Origin: Octopus sinensis
Lineage: Eukaryota
Length of the DNA: 64,000 nucleotides
Direction of reading: 5' to 3'
NCBI RefSeq assembly: GCF_006345805.1
Contig: NC_042998.1
Location: 114,762,001-114,826,000, forward strand
The notes below the pieces were generated by a model. It was given only the letters and a program-made list of their open reading frames with translations, did not search any database and was not told the origin of the DNA. Made by a program: the position numbers and the translations under genes. Within the stretch, counting starts at the first letter, position 1, and each line of letters begins with the position of its first letter. Positions 25,577-41,140 of the stretch are shown piece after piece.

Positions 25577-27429
25577 ACTCACATAAACATACCTACATAC
25601 ATAAACACGTATATATATTGAGCAACAGACTGTTTTCTAGTTGAAAATTTCAAAACAGATCGCTTTTTGATGCCTAGTGAATAAATTTTAACATGAAAAC
25701 CTGAGTACTGTCGCAGAAACCATAATCTGTTTACACTATAAGTATCTATATCGATACCTAACTACCTACCTACCTACCTACATATATAAATACACACACA
25801 TACACATACACATACACGCACATATATATGTATGTATATGTGTATATTATGTGTGTATGAGGGTGTTTTATGGATGAATGCAAAAGAGTAAATAAAGGAT
25901 TATTACAAGAAGAAATGATTGGCCCTGGAATAAATTGGCCTGGAGTCGCATTCAGGAAATGCAGGTGGTTGAAATATATTGATCTTGAAAAATTATCCTA
26001 GCAGTTAAATAAACAAAATCTTCCTGTAGAGGTGGTAAAATTCAAAACGTAACATTAGCAAAACTTGGTTATTGAAATTTTCGGACAATAAAGACAACTC
26101 AGGCTGAAATGAACTTGGACTTTTAAGTGAAATAGTGAAAGAAACTGATGTGATTCGGTTTTATCACTTCTCATCAGCGAAGCATATTTTATTGCGAATT
26201 AATTGTAAAATAATAATCTTGAACCATTAATGATGAATAACATATATACAAGGCAACATTATAAGACAAGGGTTACAGACGATTATTTCGGTTTTAAGTA
26301 AGGAAAAGTGTAAAGCCAGTGGTATCAAATAATGAATATAAACAATACAAAATGTAAGAAACTGGTTTGCATCGAAAGAGGGGAAAAGTCATGGTTAAAT
26401 TGTCTGGACGTAACTTTCATTACTGAATCATGATTTTTGAAGGTATGAAAATATTGATTGCAAATATATGAGATAGAGAAACATGGAGCAGAAATTATTT
26501 GAGAGGGTGTGTAATAGTGAAGATAAATGTAGGAGGAAAGAATAACGCTTTAGATTTCGGATGGTCATCAAAATATGGCGATATTTGAAAGAAACTGGAA
26601 AAAAATTGAGTGATGGAAAACACAATAGAAATAGTTTGGGCAGAATTCAGGAAGAGGAAATAGTTCTAGAAGATGATTATTTACTGTTCTGGTGAATGGA
26701 ACCAATGAATGAATATCTACGTGGTTGGTTGACTGGCTAGAAATAGCAACAGCATTTTCTTAAATCGTATCATTACGTATTTCAAAAGGAAGGCCATACT
26801 AGTAATTTATTCATAAATATAAAATCAAACGGGAATGTCGGTCGTGAAGCTTTTGATATTAGACCTGTTTGTGTAATGCTAACTACAGAAATACTCAGAA
26901 TGAAAGACAGTAGAGAGATGGGAAAGGCTTAAATGTATGTTTTTGGTATGTTGTTGGTTACTTTACCAATTCTGCCTGTCTACCACATTCTAAAACCATA
27001 TCGACTGTAATGTAGGCACAATGCCCGAAATTTAGAGAAACGTTATTTAGTTGATGACATCGACACCAGTAAGCGAATGATAGTGTTTTCTTGATCATGA
27101 ACGAGTGAAAAGCATAGCTGACTTCGGCAAAATTCTGAAATCATGTCATAAACGGCCGGAGAAAATCTGCTCTCCCGATTCTGCTATCCCACCGTCCTCA
27201 ACTCTGCTATTATACTGATTACATACACAAGAACAATATTACATAATATTTATATAATTCGTCTGCAACTATATTGGAGTATATTAATGTAATACTTATG
27301 CAATTAGAGAGTTTTGTATTACTCAGCAACAGGTAAACTTCCAAGGCTTCTCCATAGAATCCTAGAACAGAAACAACGGAACGATTTCTCAATGGCTTTT
27401 CTCTATCCACAAGAACATTCGGTTTCAAA

Positions 27430-27625
27430 AACGAAGTATTACACCACTTGTCAATATTTTAGAAATATCGCTGACACAGTTGCTTTCTTTTTCCTCATAA
27501 GGGTTATATATTTACAACTCGAGAGAGTTGGACGTTCGGGGTTTCTAACTGGTAGTTTTTCGATCGTTGAACCAAATGATTTGCGGTTTCTGTTCCGCGT
27601 CCTTGCATTCTGAGTTCGATTTCTG
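27430..27625 (+). mobile_element. Degenerate family A-like SINE remnants
   Basis: CATTCTGAGTTCGATTTCTG B-box-like motif near 27608 plus other partial family A-like pieces; boundaries and internal orientation are poorly defined. Confidence 0.35.
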
Positions 27626-27674
27626 TGTAGACTCAACCAAGTACGCACACCGTTGAAATCGATATTGAAAAGCA

Positions 27675-27737
<63 letters not shown>

Positions 27738-29094
27738 TGTTTGAGAGAGTGAGTCCAAAAGTGAGGTATAGTGGGATTTTTAGAGAGGTTGTCAAGATGC
27801 CTTTGGTATGTACTACAGCTACGTGCATTTTTGTTGAAATTCCACTTCAGAAAGCCCTTCCATCAAGTAATTAACTAGCACGAAATGTAGGTCTACAACA
27901 GCATACATAAATTGACAATGTACTGAAGCTTCAGTCTGCAGTTAATCTAAAAGACCTGAACAGAAATATGCATTGTGGCATTTGAGATTTAACATTCCAG
28001 TTTGCAGACACAAGCCAGTACCGCTGTCGGAATACGAAACAATGAACTATACACAGATTGTCCGCTACTGTCTGTTGTGCTGCAGCCCACCCATTGCTGT
28101 AAAAATATCAATGCAATATTTACGCAAAACTGATGCAGTAATATAAGGAACTGTCTGCTTATATGATATATAGTGTCTTTGTTATGTGACCCATGACATA
28201 AAGTTTATACAAACTGAAATATTTAAAATTCGTGTTAGATCAGAGTTATACAAGAAGAGCAAACAAGACAAAAACAATGTTGGTTAAAGAAATTCGATTA
28301 TCTTTTAGGTCATGACCTGACATTTATAGAGCAATTTTTGTTGCTGACATTAACCTGCTGGGCTAAATGCAAGCAAATCATGTTCCGAATTACATGTCAT
28401 TGGTGTTATAATTTTCATCACAGAAAAAAAAATAATGAAACCCCAAAAAGATAATGCAGTGGTGATTTAGCAGAAATGATATTTTGCCGGAATGTCTTGC
28501 AGTAATTTAGTTTTGTCCGACTATATTCTCATTTCAGATATTGACATGGTTCTGGTATTTAGTTAAACCTCTTTGTTCTGAGTTCGAACCCTACCAAGGT
28601 TTACTTAGCCATCCATTATTCCGGAATTTTTTCTCCCTAATCACTTTTTTAATGGTTACCCAATGATCTTTATACAACGCTTAGGAGATTTGAGGTACAA
28701 AAGAAACAAACAAAACAAAACTATTTTTGTAACAGAAAACTCATCTGAATTTTTGCAACAGATGAAACTCGACTGAAATCACCGATAAAAAATCTGAAGG
28801 TTTAAATCAGGCGTCCGCGGCGTGGGATCGATTTTATATTTATAAATACAGCTGTTGATAAACTTGATTATCTACTTAACTTTGTTATTAATATAAGAAA
28901 TGTCATTAACAATTAGCTATTATACCTTATGTGTATACCAACACAAAAATGCTATAACGTGTACCAATGTATTGTTCTTTTCGTGTACATTATACACCTT
29001 GTAATAGGGTCTCTTTTCTGAAAGGAGAAAGAGTACACGTGTGATTGAGTCTTAGAATATTTGTGTATGTGTTGCATTGGTGATAATATGTAGT

Positions 29095-29399
29095 TATTGT
29101 TTGTTCCTTCTCAAGCCCCGCCTGGCTCATAGGGCCGGTTTCCCGGTTTCCTTGGCGTATAAGTTCCCCACCTGGATGTGACGCCGGTCCGTCGCAGGTG
29201 AGCTGCAGGATGCAGGAGGAAAGAGTGAGAGAAAGTTGTGGTGAAAGAGTCAGCAGAAGTTCGCCATTACCTTCTTCCGGAGCCGCGTGGAGCTTAGGTG
29301 TTTCGCTCATAAACACACACATCACCCGGTCTGAGATTCGAACCCGCGATTCCCCGACCGCGAGTCCGCTGCTCTAACCACTAGGCCATGTGCCTCCAC
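29095..29399 (-). mobile_element. Full-length tRNA(Arg)-like SINE (family C) with V-SINE-like 3' domain
   Basis: Sense head GGCCTAGTGGTTAGAGCAGCGGACTCGCGGTC..GGGTTCGAATC. Domain ACCTGCGACGGACCGGCGTCACATCCAGG resembles the V domain (from memory). 13-bp TSD GATAATATG(T/C)AGT at 29082-29094 and 29400-29412. Confidence 0.85.
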
Positions 29400-32108
29400 G
29401 ATAATATGCAGTAGGGATATATTATTGTTGAACTGGCAGTGTATTCCAATGAATATCTTACCTTACCTTTCGTCACAATCTTCATGGTTGGTCGGTATTT
29501 GGGATGTGCTGTATTGGGTCATTGCATTTAGGTACAGGATTGAAAGACCATTAATTCGATTCCAAAATTTGACCGGTGCTTCATTTTATGGAGCCGACGG
29601 AATATATGCAAATTGATTTCTGCAGCATTTGAACTCAAAACATAAACTCCCGTAATAAAATACTGCAAAACATTTTGTCCAACATTACAACAGTTTTCAT
29701 AACACATACCGGGTAGCGATGTAGCAGAAACGAAAAAATGTACCGTACAGAATAACTTCCAATTATTTAGATATAGGTTGTTGTTTGGTAGAATCATTAA
29801 GCACCGAATAAAAACATCTTACAATATTTGTTCCTGTCTTTAAGCTTCGAAGATCAATATAATCAAATATACATTTCCAAATTGAATTGTTGTGCTTGTG
29901 ATAAAAAGATAAAGCAAAAGAAAACAAAAAATACATTAAATTGCAGATAGATTGACATAGCATTACTAGAGCATCCAACAAAATATTTAGCAGTTTTTAC
30001 TTTCGTACCATTACTTAGTTTAAATCCCGCAGCAAAAGACAAGAAATCTATAAAAACATATAGCATGCACACATATAATCAACTAACATATCAAAATTAA
30101 TAAAATGACAAAGTGTATTATTAATCAACAGGAAATAAGATTACTGTTGTGAAAATGAAATATGGAAAAAACAGGTAAAGATTTCAATTAACAAAGCGTT
30201 TGAATTGTAGACTATATGGTAATTGGGGATTGTATCTAGGATTTTATCAGATCATGTGTACCCATATTGACTTATTACTTATAAGGTTAGGTAGAAGCAC
30301 GTTCTAGAAAATAACGACTTTTGTATCCATTTATAATGCTAGTTTATCGCTACACATCGTTTGCTGCACTTGGAAAATTTTAAGGTTAGTTTCTAAACTT
30401 TAGTTAATCTTCAGAAAAGAAAAAAAAAACGAAACTTTTGGTGCATTTCGCAAATTACAAGGGTCAATATATGAAATACAAAACGCGTCATACGTCCATA
30501 AAAATAGATATAACAAAATATATCTAGGAGTTTACACATACACACATATTTATATATATAATAAAACTGGAGAAGATGAAAATGTGCTGAATATATTAAA
30601 AATTGTGTTTAGAAGATAAATGCGGTTCTCAGCCATAAACTGTAAATTAGCTATCTATTTATGATTCAGCATACCTCACTGGCGATGAAGTTCTTCTCTA
30701 GGTCCTGCAATCCAATACTTCAGATATTGCCGGTGAATAGCTTCGGTGTTGGCCAACGCCAAAGCTCCCACTGAATGTTTGATGCTGAACCTTATGGATT
30801 GCTGTTATTTTTAACAATAGACTATCATTTATGTTATTGTATACATTGGAAGCGCATCTTCTCAATCAGCCTGAGATTCTTTTTCTCTTCCAGTAGGTTG
30901 TTTAGCAGATCCACAAACTATCTTTGACGATTGCGTTAAATGTACATCTTAACCTCTCAATGAAAACGATGCTTTTTCAAGTCTCTAACTCCTTTTAGTC
31001 TGGCCGCAATCGCATTTGTTCCTTCTTTCATTTCCTGATTCATTGTCACCCTTCTTCAGTCTTCATCTCCATTTCTTTTCCGGGCTGCGATAGCATGGAA
31101 GTGTCGTTCGTGTCCCCTGGCCTGTGCAGTGTTGAAGGAAGTTTCTGGTGGTGGCTTCCTTTGCTTCACTTTTAGCCATCCTCACACTTGCGACTGAAAA
31201 CAAGGCTGGCGTCTGCCTTGTTTTTCATCCCAATACTCTGCTATTATTGTTACTATAATGACTGCTCTCGTCTGCTGCTCTCTTTTCCTGTTAATTTTAT
31301 TCTTAGCAAATGCTTTCTTGTGGATTTTACGGCCTGTTGAGAATTATTACCAACTCCGGTAATGCTTTTGACCTCCACCCCACTCCTACGATGTTGCAAA
31401 CGTTTGATATGACCGAGTGTTCACCGAATGAGTGGGAGTTGCACGTTAGACTGACCTTACCTGACCAGATTTCTAACTTTCGATTTTCCAACTTACGAAG
31501 AATACTCTTGGCCAAGCTATGTACTGGAAGTTATCTTAACTTTCAGTTCAAAGTCAGAAAATAATTTAGCCTGTAACTCAACTCCTAAGATTCACAAAAG
31601 ACTGGGTGAGACCTATAAAAGAGTAATGCTTCATATGGCAGAGTGCTATTACTTTAAGCATAAAATTACACCCATAGAATCATTTCTGAGTTCAATAGCA
31701 AGAATTATACATTTCCACAGTTCAAAACATTGTCACATGTCCGCTGCCTTCTCTTTACTTTTCTTTTTACTGACATTAATATGGTCACTGCTCCTTCGAG
31801 CTGACTGTCTTAATGACACCCCTTCAGTGGTACTCCCTGCTCACACGTTTCAATTCTACGCAACCAATATTAAGAGTTTGTTGGTAAGATAATCACTACA
31901 GTCATTTCTTCCTTCTGATAACGTCCGTTATCAGGGAATCGTTTCTTACAAAACCTGTTTTCAACCAGTTTGCTTGAATGACTGTCATGTGAAATTTAGA
32001 CACAGTCAATCTGTTTCTTTCTTTCTGTCCTTCTTTCTTTCTTTCTTTCCTTCTTTCTTTCTTTCTTTCCTTCTTTCTTTCTTTCTTTCCTTCTTTCTTT
32101 CTTTCTTT

Positions 32109-32152
<44 letters not shown>

Positions 32153-33556
32153 TCACTCCCCTCTCTATCTTCCCACTCTTTCTCTCACTCTCTCTCACAC
32201 ATACACGTTAATAGATTTCAGCATACCGAGACATTTACCGAGTCTCTGATAGAGAAAGGGGGAGACACACGGATAGAGATTGTCACAATCAAATGCATTG
32301 ATTTAAGACTTGTGGTTTCTTCAAATAGACAGAAAATCTCCCCTTAAACTTTCACATATGTGTGTGTGTTTGTGTGTGTGTGTAGATGTGCATGGGCATT
32401 CGTGTGTGCGTTTGTGTGTGTGTATTTCTACGTATGTATGCGTATATGAATATATATTTACCTATATGAATGTATGTATAAATTTGTAAGTTATTCATTT
32501 CTTTATACTTTCTTTTTTTTTAGTTTCGGTTCCATAGTTTATTTTTTTGGAAACCATACAAAGAAGCACGATCCATCTTCATTCGCTTTTTTGATCTTTA
32601 CAGTTGGAATGTATAACAAACATTATTTTCATATCTTCTCTCTATAAATGCCAAGTTAAAATACCCCCACTGGTCTACAATGGGGATCACGACATTTTAT
32701 TCGCTGGATTTATAATTACATTCGCAGGTAAGATTATTTGGTATTGCTTTGATTTTTTTAATGTTTTATTGTACTTTCACTTTCACCTTCTTTCATTATA
32801 TTATAGTAACAGATTTTTATTTGCTATTATTTAAATTTCATTATTTTTCTTTCTGATTTTCTTAGATATTATTTTCTATTTTATGTTATGTCGTTGTTTT
32901 TTTTTTTTTTTTGCTTTATATAAATTCGATTTTTTGTTTTTTGACGTGGGTGAGTTTGGTTTGATAGGAAAACGTGGTGAAAGTTATACGGTTCTTTCGA
33001 TGTTATGGACGCAACTACTTTCCATACCTGACTAAACCCTAAAAATGGATTAATGGTGGGTAGGATTTGTGCTAGGAGACATGTTAAGAACAAAAAAATC
33101 AACGCAAAGTTAACAGCATATGTTTGAATTTAGACTTTTATGCCTGAATGCAGAAATATGTGATGATGGCTGCGATGCTGCTACTGCTGATGGTGGTGGT
33201 ATTGGTGCCAATGTTGATGATGATGATGATGATGATGATAAGGAGGAGGAGGAGGTCAGTAAGCGTGATTATCATTACTATGAGGAAGGCGAAAATGAAT
33301 AGAAACAAGTATATATTTACATGGACAGAGTTACTAAAACTGCATTTATTTCACTTTCTCACTCACATATACGTATATACATTCACATACAGACATGTAT
33401 ATGCACACATGTATACGTATACCTATATATCTACATTTTTGAACAAATAGCTAACACATACATAAATAAATATATATACACTCATACATTGTGTGTGTAT
33501 GTATATATACATATACACACACACACACATATATATATATGTGTGTGTGTATTGTG

Positions 33557-33587
<31 letters not shown>

Positions 33588-33604
33588 AGATATAGATATA
33601 GATA

Positions 33605-33905
33605 ATGATCCCTACATGAGATTGCACCTACAATTTTACCTTCTGAAGCACATGTCCAGGCAAGGTTGTTAATGGAAGACAAGTAGTTGACTCCCACTCT
33701 ACCGCACCGATGTTATTCAAGAGAATGACAAAGGCCCATACAATTTGGCACCAGGGACATCGCAGCTTATTTGTACAGCTTCACTAAATTGGAGCTACGG
33801 GAAATAAACTGTCTTGCTCAAGAACACAACACACAACCCTGTCCATGAATCGAACTCACTACCTCATATTTGTGAGCCCAACGCTCTCACCACTGAGCAA
33901 CGTAA
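33605..33905 (-). mobile_element. tRNA-derived SINE (family D)
   Basis: Sense GCTCAGTGGTGAGAGCGTTGGGCTCAC..GTGAGTTCGATTC head and CORE-like TTCTTGAGCAAGACAGTTTATTTC; homologous along its length to 61278-61590. Confidence 0.8.
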
Positions 33906-35299
33906 AAATAGCGGTATTTAAAATGACTTTTCTTGATATATTGAAATTATCTCCGCTTCTAGAGGATGTATCACAATTACTAGATGTTAATCATGACCCT
34001 CTCCACTGGATGGGATAATCACAATATTCATGTATCCTCCTAAACTGACATGTCATTACGGAAATGAACAAGCTTATTATCTAGAGTCTAATGGACAGTC
34101 ATGGACACAAATTTCTGGCCCAATGGCCTCCATCAGCATATTTTCCTCCTTTATCTCCGGGAGCCTAAAGATTTTACATTTATACAAAACAGAGAAGAAA
34201 GCACTTATGGCCCTGTTAATTGTAATTTAAACAAAAATGAATTAAGAGAAATTATTAGAAGTGATCATAGGCATGCACTTGAATAATCTACATAAATACC
34301 GGTAAGTCGAAAACGATACAGCAAAAACATGTGATCTATTAAAATTATCTCCGCCTCTACAAAATATATCGTAATTAAAAATTAGCAATTATGATGAATT
34401 CCACTTGAGAAGGCGAGCTAATCTCATTTTTGTATGTGCATTTATGTATGTATGTATGTATGTATGTATGTATGTATGTATATGTCAATGTATGTATTGA
34501 AAAAAAGTGAAAATTAAAACGCTTTGAGAAATTTCTCACAGAAATGATGTAGTATTTATGTTTTCAAAATTGACAATCAAGTCACTCTGAAATAAAAGGG
34601 AAAAGAAATTCAAATAAATTGAATTAATCTTTCATAATATTAATTCTGGTCGTTCGCATACTTTTCAGATAATGATAGCATAGCACTGTATTTCCTCTCT
34701 TTCTTATTGTTGCTGGGTAACAGTTAACAGTTGTAGTGATTGGTAAGTTAGCGAGGGGTGTGATAAGTAATGGTACCAACAAAGCAGAATCAACCTAACT
34801 TTCCCATTTTCCTTAAATATACGCCCATCAACAAAAAAATATCCTTCACAACCAAGTTACAAACATGTTTAAATTCCTGTAGCAGGGAAGGGGAGACAAC
34901 CACCACCCACACTACAGCAACCCTTGCTAAACTTACCACCACAAATGCTACTAGTTAGATGGACAAGGGCTATATCCACTGGGAATCCTAGCTGATGCTT
35001 TTCCTGTTACCGCTCAGCTCTACCTGCTTTTCCTTTCTCTAACAGCGCACCACTGTTAGTGTTAACTGCTATCCAATCATCAGAAGGAAACAAAATACAG
35101 CATCATGTGACTTTGATCATAAATGCACCTGATCTTGGTTAATTTGTCACCTAAACAAAATTCGATTTCATTCTGCATCTCCTACTTTATGTCATGTCTA
35201 CTTATGTTTCATTGGAAAGACAAATACCTGAATTATATTTCTTAACTGCTTTCCTAAGAAAAACTGAATGTAAACAACCGTTGAAGAGTACTGAATTCA

Positions 35300-35526
35300 T
35301 TTATTCTTTTATTTGTTTCAGTCTTTGGACGGCAACATGCAGTGGCGTTACATTGAAAGATTTAGTCATTCAAACTGATTCTAGTACTTATATTTTTAAA
35401 AGTCTAATAAGCTTTCTATCAAACCGCTAAGTTATGGGCAAGTAAACAAACCAGTACCGGATGCCAAGCGGTGTAGATATAAACATGAATACACGCACAT
35501 GCGCGCACACACACAGAAAGCTATCC

Positions 35527-35598
<72 letters not shown>

Positions 35599-35795
35599 GC
35601 CTATCTGTCTGTCTGTCTATCTATCTATACACATATATGTATATATACACGACAGGCCTGTGTAGAGTTTTCCATTTACTAAACTCACTCATATAGCTTT
35701 GGTTAGACGTATGCCCGTGGTGCTATGCTGTAGGATTGAACCCGAAGCCACCTAGTTGCAAAGAGATCTTTTTAATCACACAGACAAGCCTGCAC
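35300..35795 (-). mobile_element. Family B CORE-type SINE with internal (CA)/(CTAT)n expansion
   Basis: Tail AAACCGCTAAGTTATGGGCAAGTAAACAAACC and head GGATTGAACCCG..TAATCACACAGAC bracket a microsatellite. Confidence 0.7.
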
Positions 35796-37419
35796 GTATA
35801 TAAATAGATCATACACAGTTATATCACTATTTGTCAGTTTAGTGCAGTCTGTCCTATGTGCATCTCGGAAATTGCTCAGTGTTTAATCTCAAGGTGATTC
35901 TAATATACATGCAGTGCATTTCGGGTATGTTATGGTTTGTTATATACATTGTAATACTTTATATAATATTAATACAAGCGTAACCGATGGTTAAGCTGTT
36001 TACTTCAGAATCACGAGGCTACGATTCAGTTCTCAATTGATGTTATTATGAAGCAAGAGGCATTTATCACATTCATGATCACTCTAATCCTTTTGAGTCG
36101 AAGTGGGCAATCGGAGAACATATTGAAGCTCATCTGGTGAACTGTATCTGTATTTCTTCCGAATAATCGGCCGCATTTTATGTTAAATATACAAGTAGGC
36201 TGTTCTCTTAGTCGGGTAATTGAAACACTTGTCATTGAGAGCGAATGAAGTCCACTTATCTATTTTTCGTTTATTTTATTCACTCCTGAACGGGGACATA
36301 TAAAATTGACCTGAACGTGATAAGAGCTGAGAGTTTAAAAAATATTGTGCAACTTTCACTTTTTTTGCCATCCACCTCCATTTACTAGGAGCCGACAAGA
36401 TATCCTCTACGCGGTTGCTTGAAATGCTACAAATAACAGTCAAACTTTCCTTAAATTCTCCATCCCCTAATATGTTAAGCAAGATGATACCCAAGATTAT
36501 AACACTGCGTAATACAGCATACAAACAATGAATATTTCTTAACCTGCCGTTGTTAAACACGCAATAAGTGGATAAAAAAACGAAATAGCAATAACTGGAA
36601 CGTTTTTAATAAGTTTATTTAAACAGTTTAACTTGGATTAAACAGAAAGAGAGACAGCTTTCCAATTATCCAAACTACCAAATTCTTCAGAACACATTGA
36701 TCAATACGATGTTAAACGTGGTATCAGTTTCTTTACCAGAACTATTTAACAGAATAACACCCTTCTCTCCTTCTTGTATAGATACCATATAGATTCATAT
36801 ATGGTATTTGTTCAACCACTGGCTTCAAACAATTTTTAATGAAGTAAACGATATTGGTATCAAAATATTTCCGTACTTCACTATAACTCGAATATTTGGC
36901 ATGATTGTAATCACCCACCTCTTGGAGCATAATTATAACAATATAATGGTTATAATTAACAATTAATGTTGTTATGATTATATTACATGACATTCTACTT
37001 TCTTCACAGGTGAGACATTATCAAAACTGTGAATAATAAATCTATTCCAAATTTAGTTTGAAACAACACTAACATAACAGACTTGCGAACGTGCTTAACG
37101 CCTCTGTTCAAGAGCCAAACAAGGAACATTTATGCTGTCGCCCGACATGATATAATTAGAAACCCGCTGTCTTAAAAATTTATGATTTATGATTGTACTA
37201 TATGTGTGAGAGCATAGAGGACATGGTGGTCAAGCCTGCAAGATAAAATGCGCTGTACAAAATCATATAGGGATCACTCAAGTAGACGATTCTGCATCAA
37301 ACGAACACTGAAAACCCTAAAAGATGTTTACTTCATTTAAAGGAAAAAGTAAATAAGTAAAACTTTCCAGGTACATTTCAGGAAGAGCAATAGCGCTAGA
37401 CATGAGATGCACTGTTATA

Positions 37420-37740
37420 ATTATCGCCCATCTTTATGTCTTTGTAAGCCTAGTACTTATTCTATCGGTCTCTTTTGCCGAACCGCTAAGTTACGGGGAC
37501 GTAAACACACCAGCATCAGTTGTCAAGCGATGTTGTGTGCGTGTGTGTGTGTGGGGCGGGGGACAAACACAGACACACAAACATACAGACATATATATAC
37601 ATATATACGACGGGCTTCTTTCAGTTTCCGTCTACCAAATACATTCACAAGGCTTTGGTCGGCCCAAGGCTATAGTACAATAATTTTCCCCAAGGTGCCA
37701 CGCAACAAGCTACTTACCACACAGCCACTCCTGCGCCTAT
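37420..37740 (-). mobile_element. Family B CORE-type SINE
   Basis: Well-preserved head (sense GGCGCAGGAGTGGCTGTGTGGTAAGTAGCTTG..GGCACCTTGGG) and 3' part (GTTTACGTCCCCGTAACTTAGCGGTTCGGCAAAAGAGACCGATAGAATAAGTACTAGGC). Confidence 0.9.
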
Positions 37741-37794
37741 TCCAAATTTATTAACATATCGTGCAGAAATTGAACTTTGTAAACAGACTTGGCT

Positions 37795-38255
37795 GTGTAA
37801 GCGCAGGCGTAGCTTTGTAGTAAGAAGCCTGCTTTCCAACGTCATGGTTCTGCGTTCAGTCCCACTGCATGGCACCTTGGGCAAGTGCCTTCTACTCTAG
37901 CTTCGGGTTGACCAAAATATTGTGAATGGATATGGTAGACGGAAACTGAAAAAAGTCCGTCATATATATATGTATGTGTGTGTGTATATATATATATGTG
38001 TGTGTGTATATATATATATGTGTGTGTGTGTAGGAGTGGGTGCTTGTATGTGTGTATGTGTGTATGTGGGTGGGGTGTTTACGTTCCCGTAATATTAGCA
38101 GTTCGGTAATAAGAGATCGATAGAGTAAGCACCAAGCTTTACAAATAATAAATACTGGGGATCGATTCATTCGACTAAACACTCTTCAAGGCTGTGCCCC
38201 AGCATGGCTGCAGTCTAATGAGTGAAACATGTAAAGAATAAAAGATAAAAGATTA
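37795..38255 (+). mobile_element. Family B CORE-type SINE, full length, back-to-back with the previous copy
   Basis: A-box, GTTCAGTCCC B-box, CORE motif CCTTGGGCAAGTG, internal (TA)/(TG)n, tail CAGCATGGCTGCAGTCTAATGAGTGAAAC + (TAAAAGA)n. Confidence 0.9.
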
Positions 38256-38904
38256 CAAAAAGAAATACAAAATACAGTGATAAAGCATAAAATTTTATTC
38301 TCATAAAGGTGTTTTGGCACGGATAACGGCCAAAACATTTATGGAATTACAATATAGCACACTACCTTAAGAAATTGGACGGACCATACTACCACGGGAG
38401 AGGACTCATAACATATGTATATTGAAGCATCATATACATCGATACCACAAACGTCATTGGAAGAGTGACAAGGCACAACAATACATTCAAAGTGTAAGCA
38501 TACAAATAACAAAGCAACACACTAATGTAATAAACACCTTTACATAGAGATGAATGGGGCTACCGATCTCACCACCAGATTACAAACCTCGGTTATAACA
38601 CATTAGCAGATTCCCAAACTAGATGAGACTTGAACACACGCAACACATTCTGACTTTCAGAGAATAACGATGTCACACGTTGTGACAAATATACAGTAAG
38701 AAAATGTTCCCATTATTGTGACTATTATATCGCCACTGTTACTTCAAAGCCAATTATGGAGCGTGCGTCAATGAACAAGTCATGTAGTCAATATATCCGC
38801 TAGAAGTAGCAGCAAAATCACGCCTAATTACAACGTAACGTCTCAAAAGTGGTCACTTTTGATAACGCAATAGCATACATATACACAAGATACACGCATG
38901 TACA

Positions 38905-40060
<1,156 letters not shown>

Positions 40061-40068
40061 GTTTATAC

Positions 40069-40100
<32 letters not shown>

Positions 40101-40229
40101 GCGTGCATATGCCTGCATTGGTGTGTTCATGTGTATATGTGTGTATGTGAGGTGTATGATAATATGGCTGGAACATCGGTCTTAATTCTGCTAAATCAGG
40201 ATGGATCTAGGGCAAAATCGCCAACTGCT

Positions 40230-41140
40230 GTCACCACTAGTATTAAAACAACGACAGTAATACAACTACAAAACACCATCAAACCCGTCCTCACCCCCAC
40301 TCCAGCACTACTACTACCACTAGCATTACCATTAGTACACTTACCATCACAACCATCATGACCTCCGTTGGAACAACCCAGTATTACAACATCCATGACA
40401 ATGTCTATTATTACCACAAGTACAAGCACTATCATTCCAACCACGACCACCACCATTACCACCGTCATTACCATCACTATCATTACCATTACAATCATTA
40501 CTATTGCCTCATTACTACCACATCATTACCAGCAACACAACTACATACACAATCAACTTCTGCCATCACCACCACCATTGCGATCAACATTATCAACAAA
40601 GAAATCACTTCCACCACCATCACCACTTCCACAATAACATCAACAACAACTGCAACAACAAATACAACAACTAACGCAGAAACAACAACGCAAGCAAACA
40701 ATAACACTACTGTTTACAGCCAGTTCCACTCCCATAACAACATACAATTCTGTTGGCAAATTCACAAATACAAACGAATCACCGCCATCATTTACAACAC
40801 AGCACAACATATTTACCAACACCATTACCGTCACCAACACCACGACCAGACCACCACCACCACCACCACCAAAACCACCACCACTACCACCACCACCACC
40901 ACATCCACATCCACCACCACTACCACCACCACCACACCACCACCACCGCCACCACCACCACCACCGCCACCACCACCACCACCACCACCACCACCACCAC
41001 CACCGATAACCACCACCAATACCACCACCACTATCGCTACCGCAAATGCAATCGTTTCGACCATCATTTTACTACCACCAATACTACAACTATACCAATT
41101 GCCGTATGTCATACCCAACCCACACCATACCACTCAGTAT
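40230..41140. repeat. Low-complexity (ACC/CAT/ACA)n trinucleotide mosaic
   Basis: Thr/His/Pro runs shift between frames with stops; no domain. Confidence 0.9.

Noticed and set aside
30690-31260. GC-richer island with short minus-strand reading frames (MAKVKQRKPPPE...)
   Set aside because: It may be a decayed LINE ORF1 or gag, but I could identify no motif and there are multiple stops.
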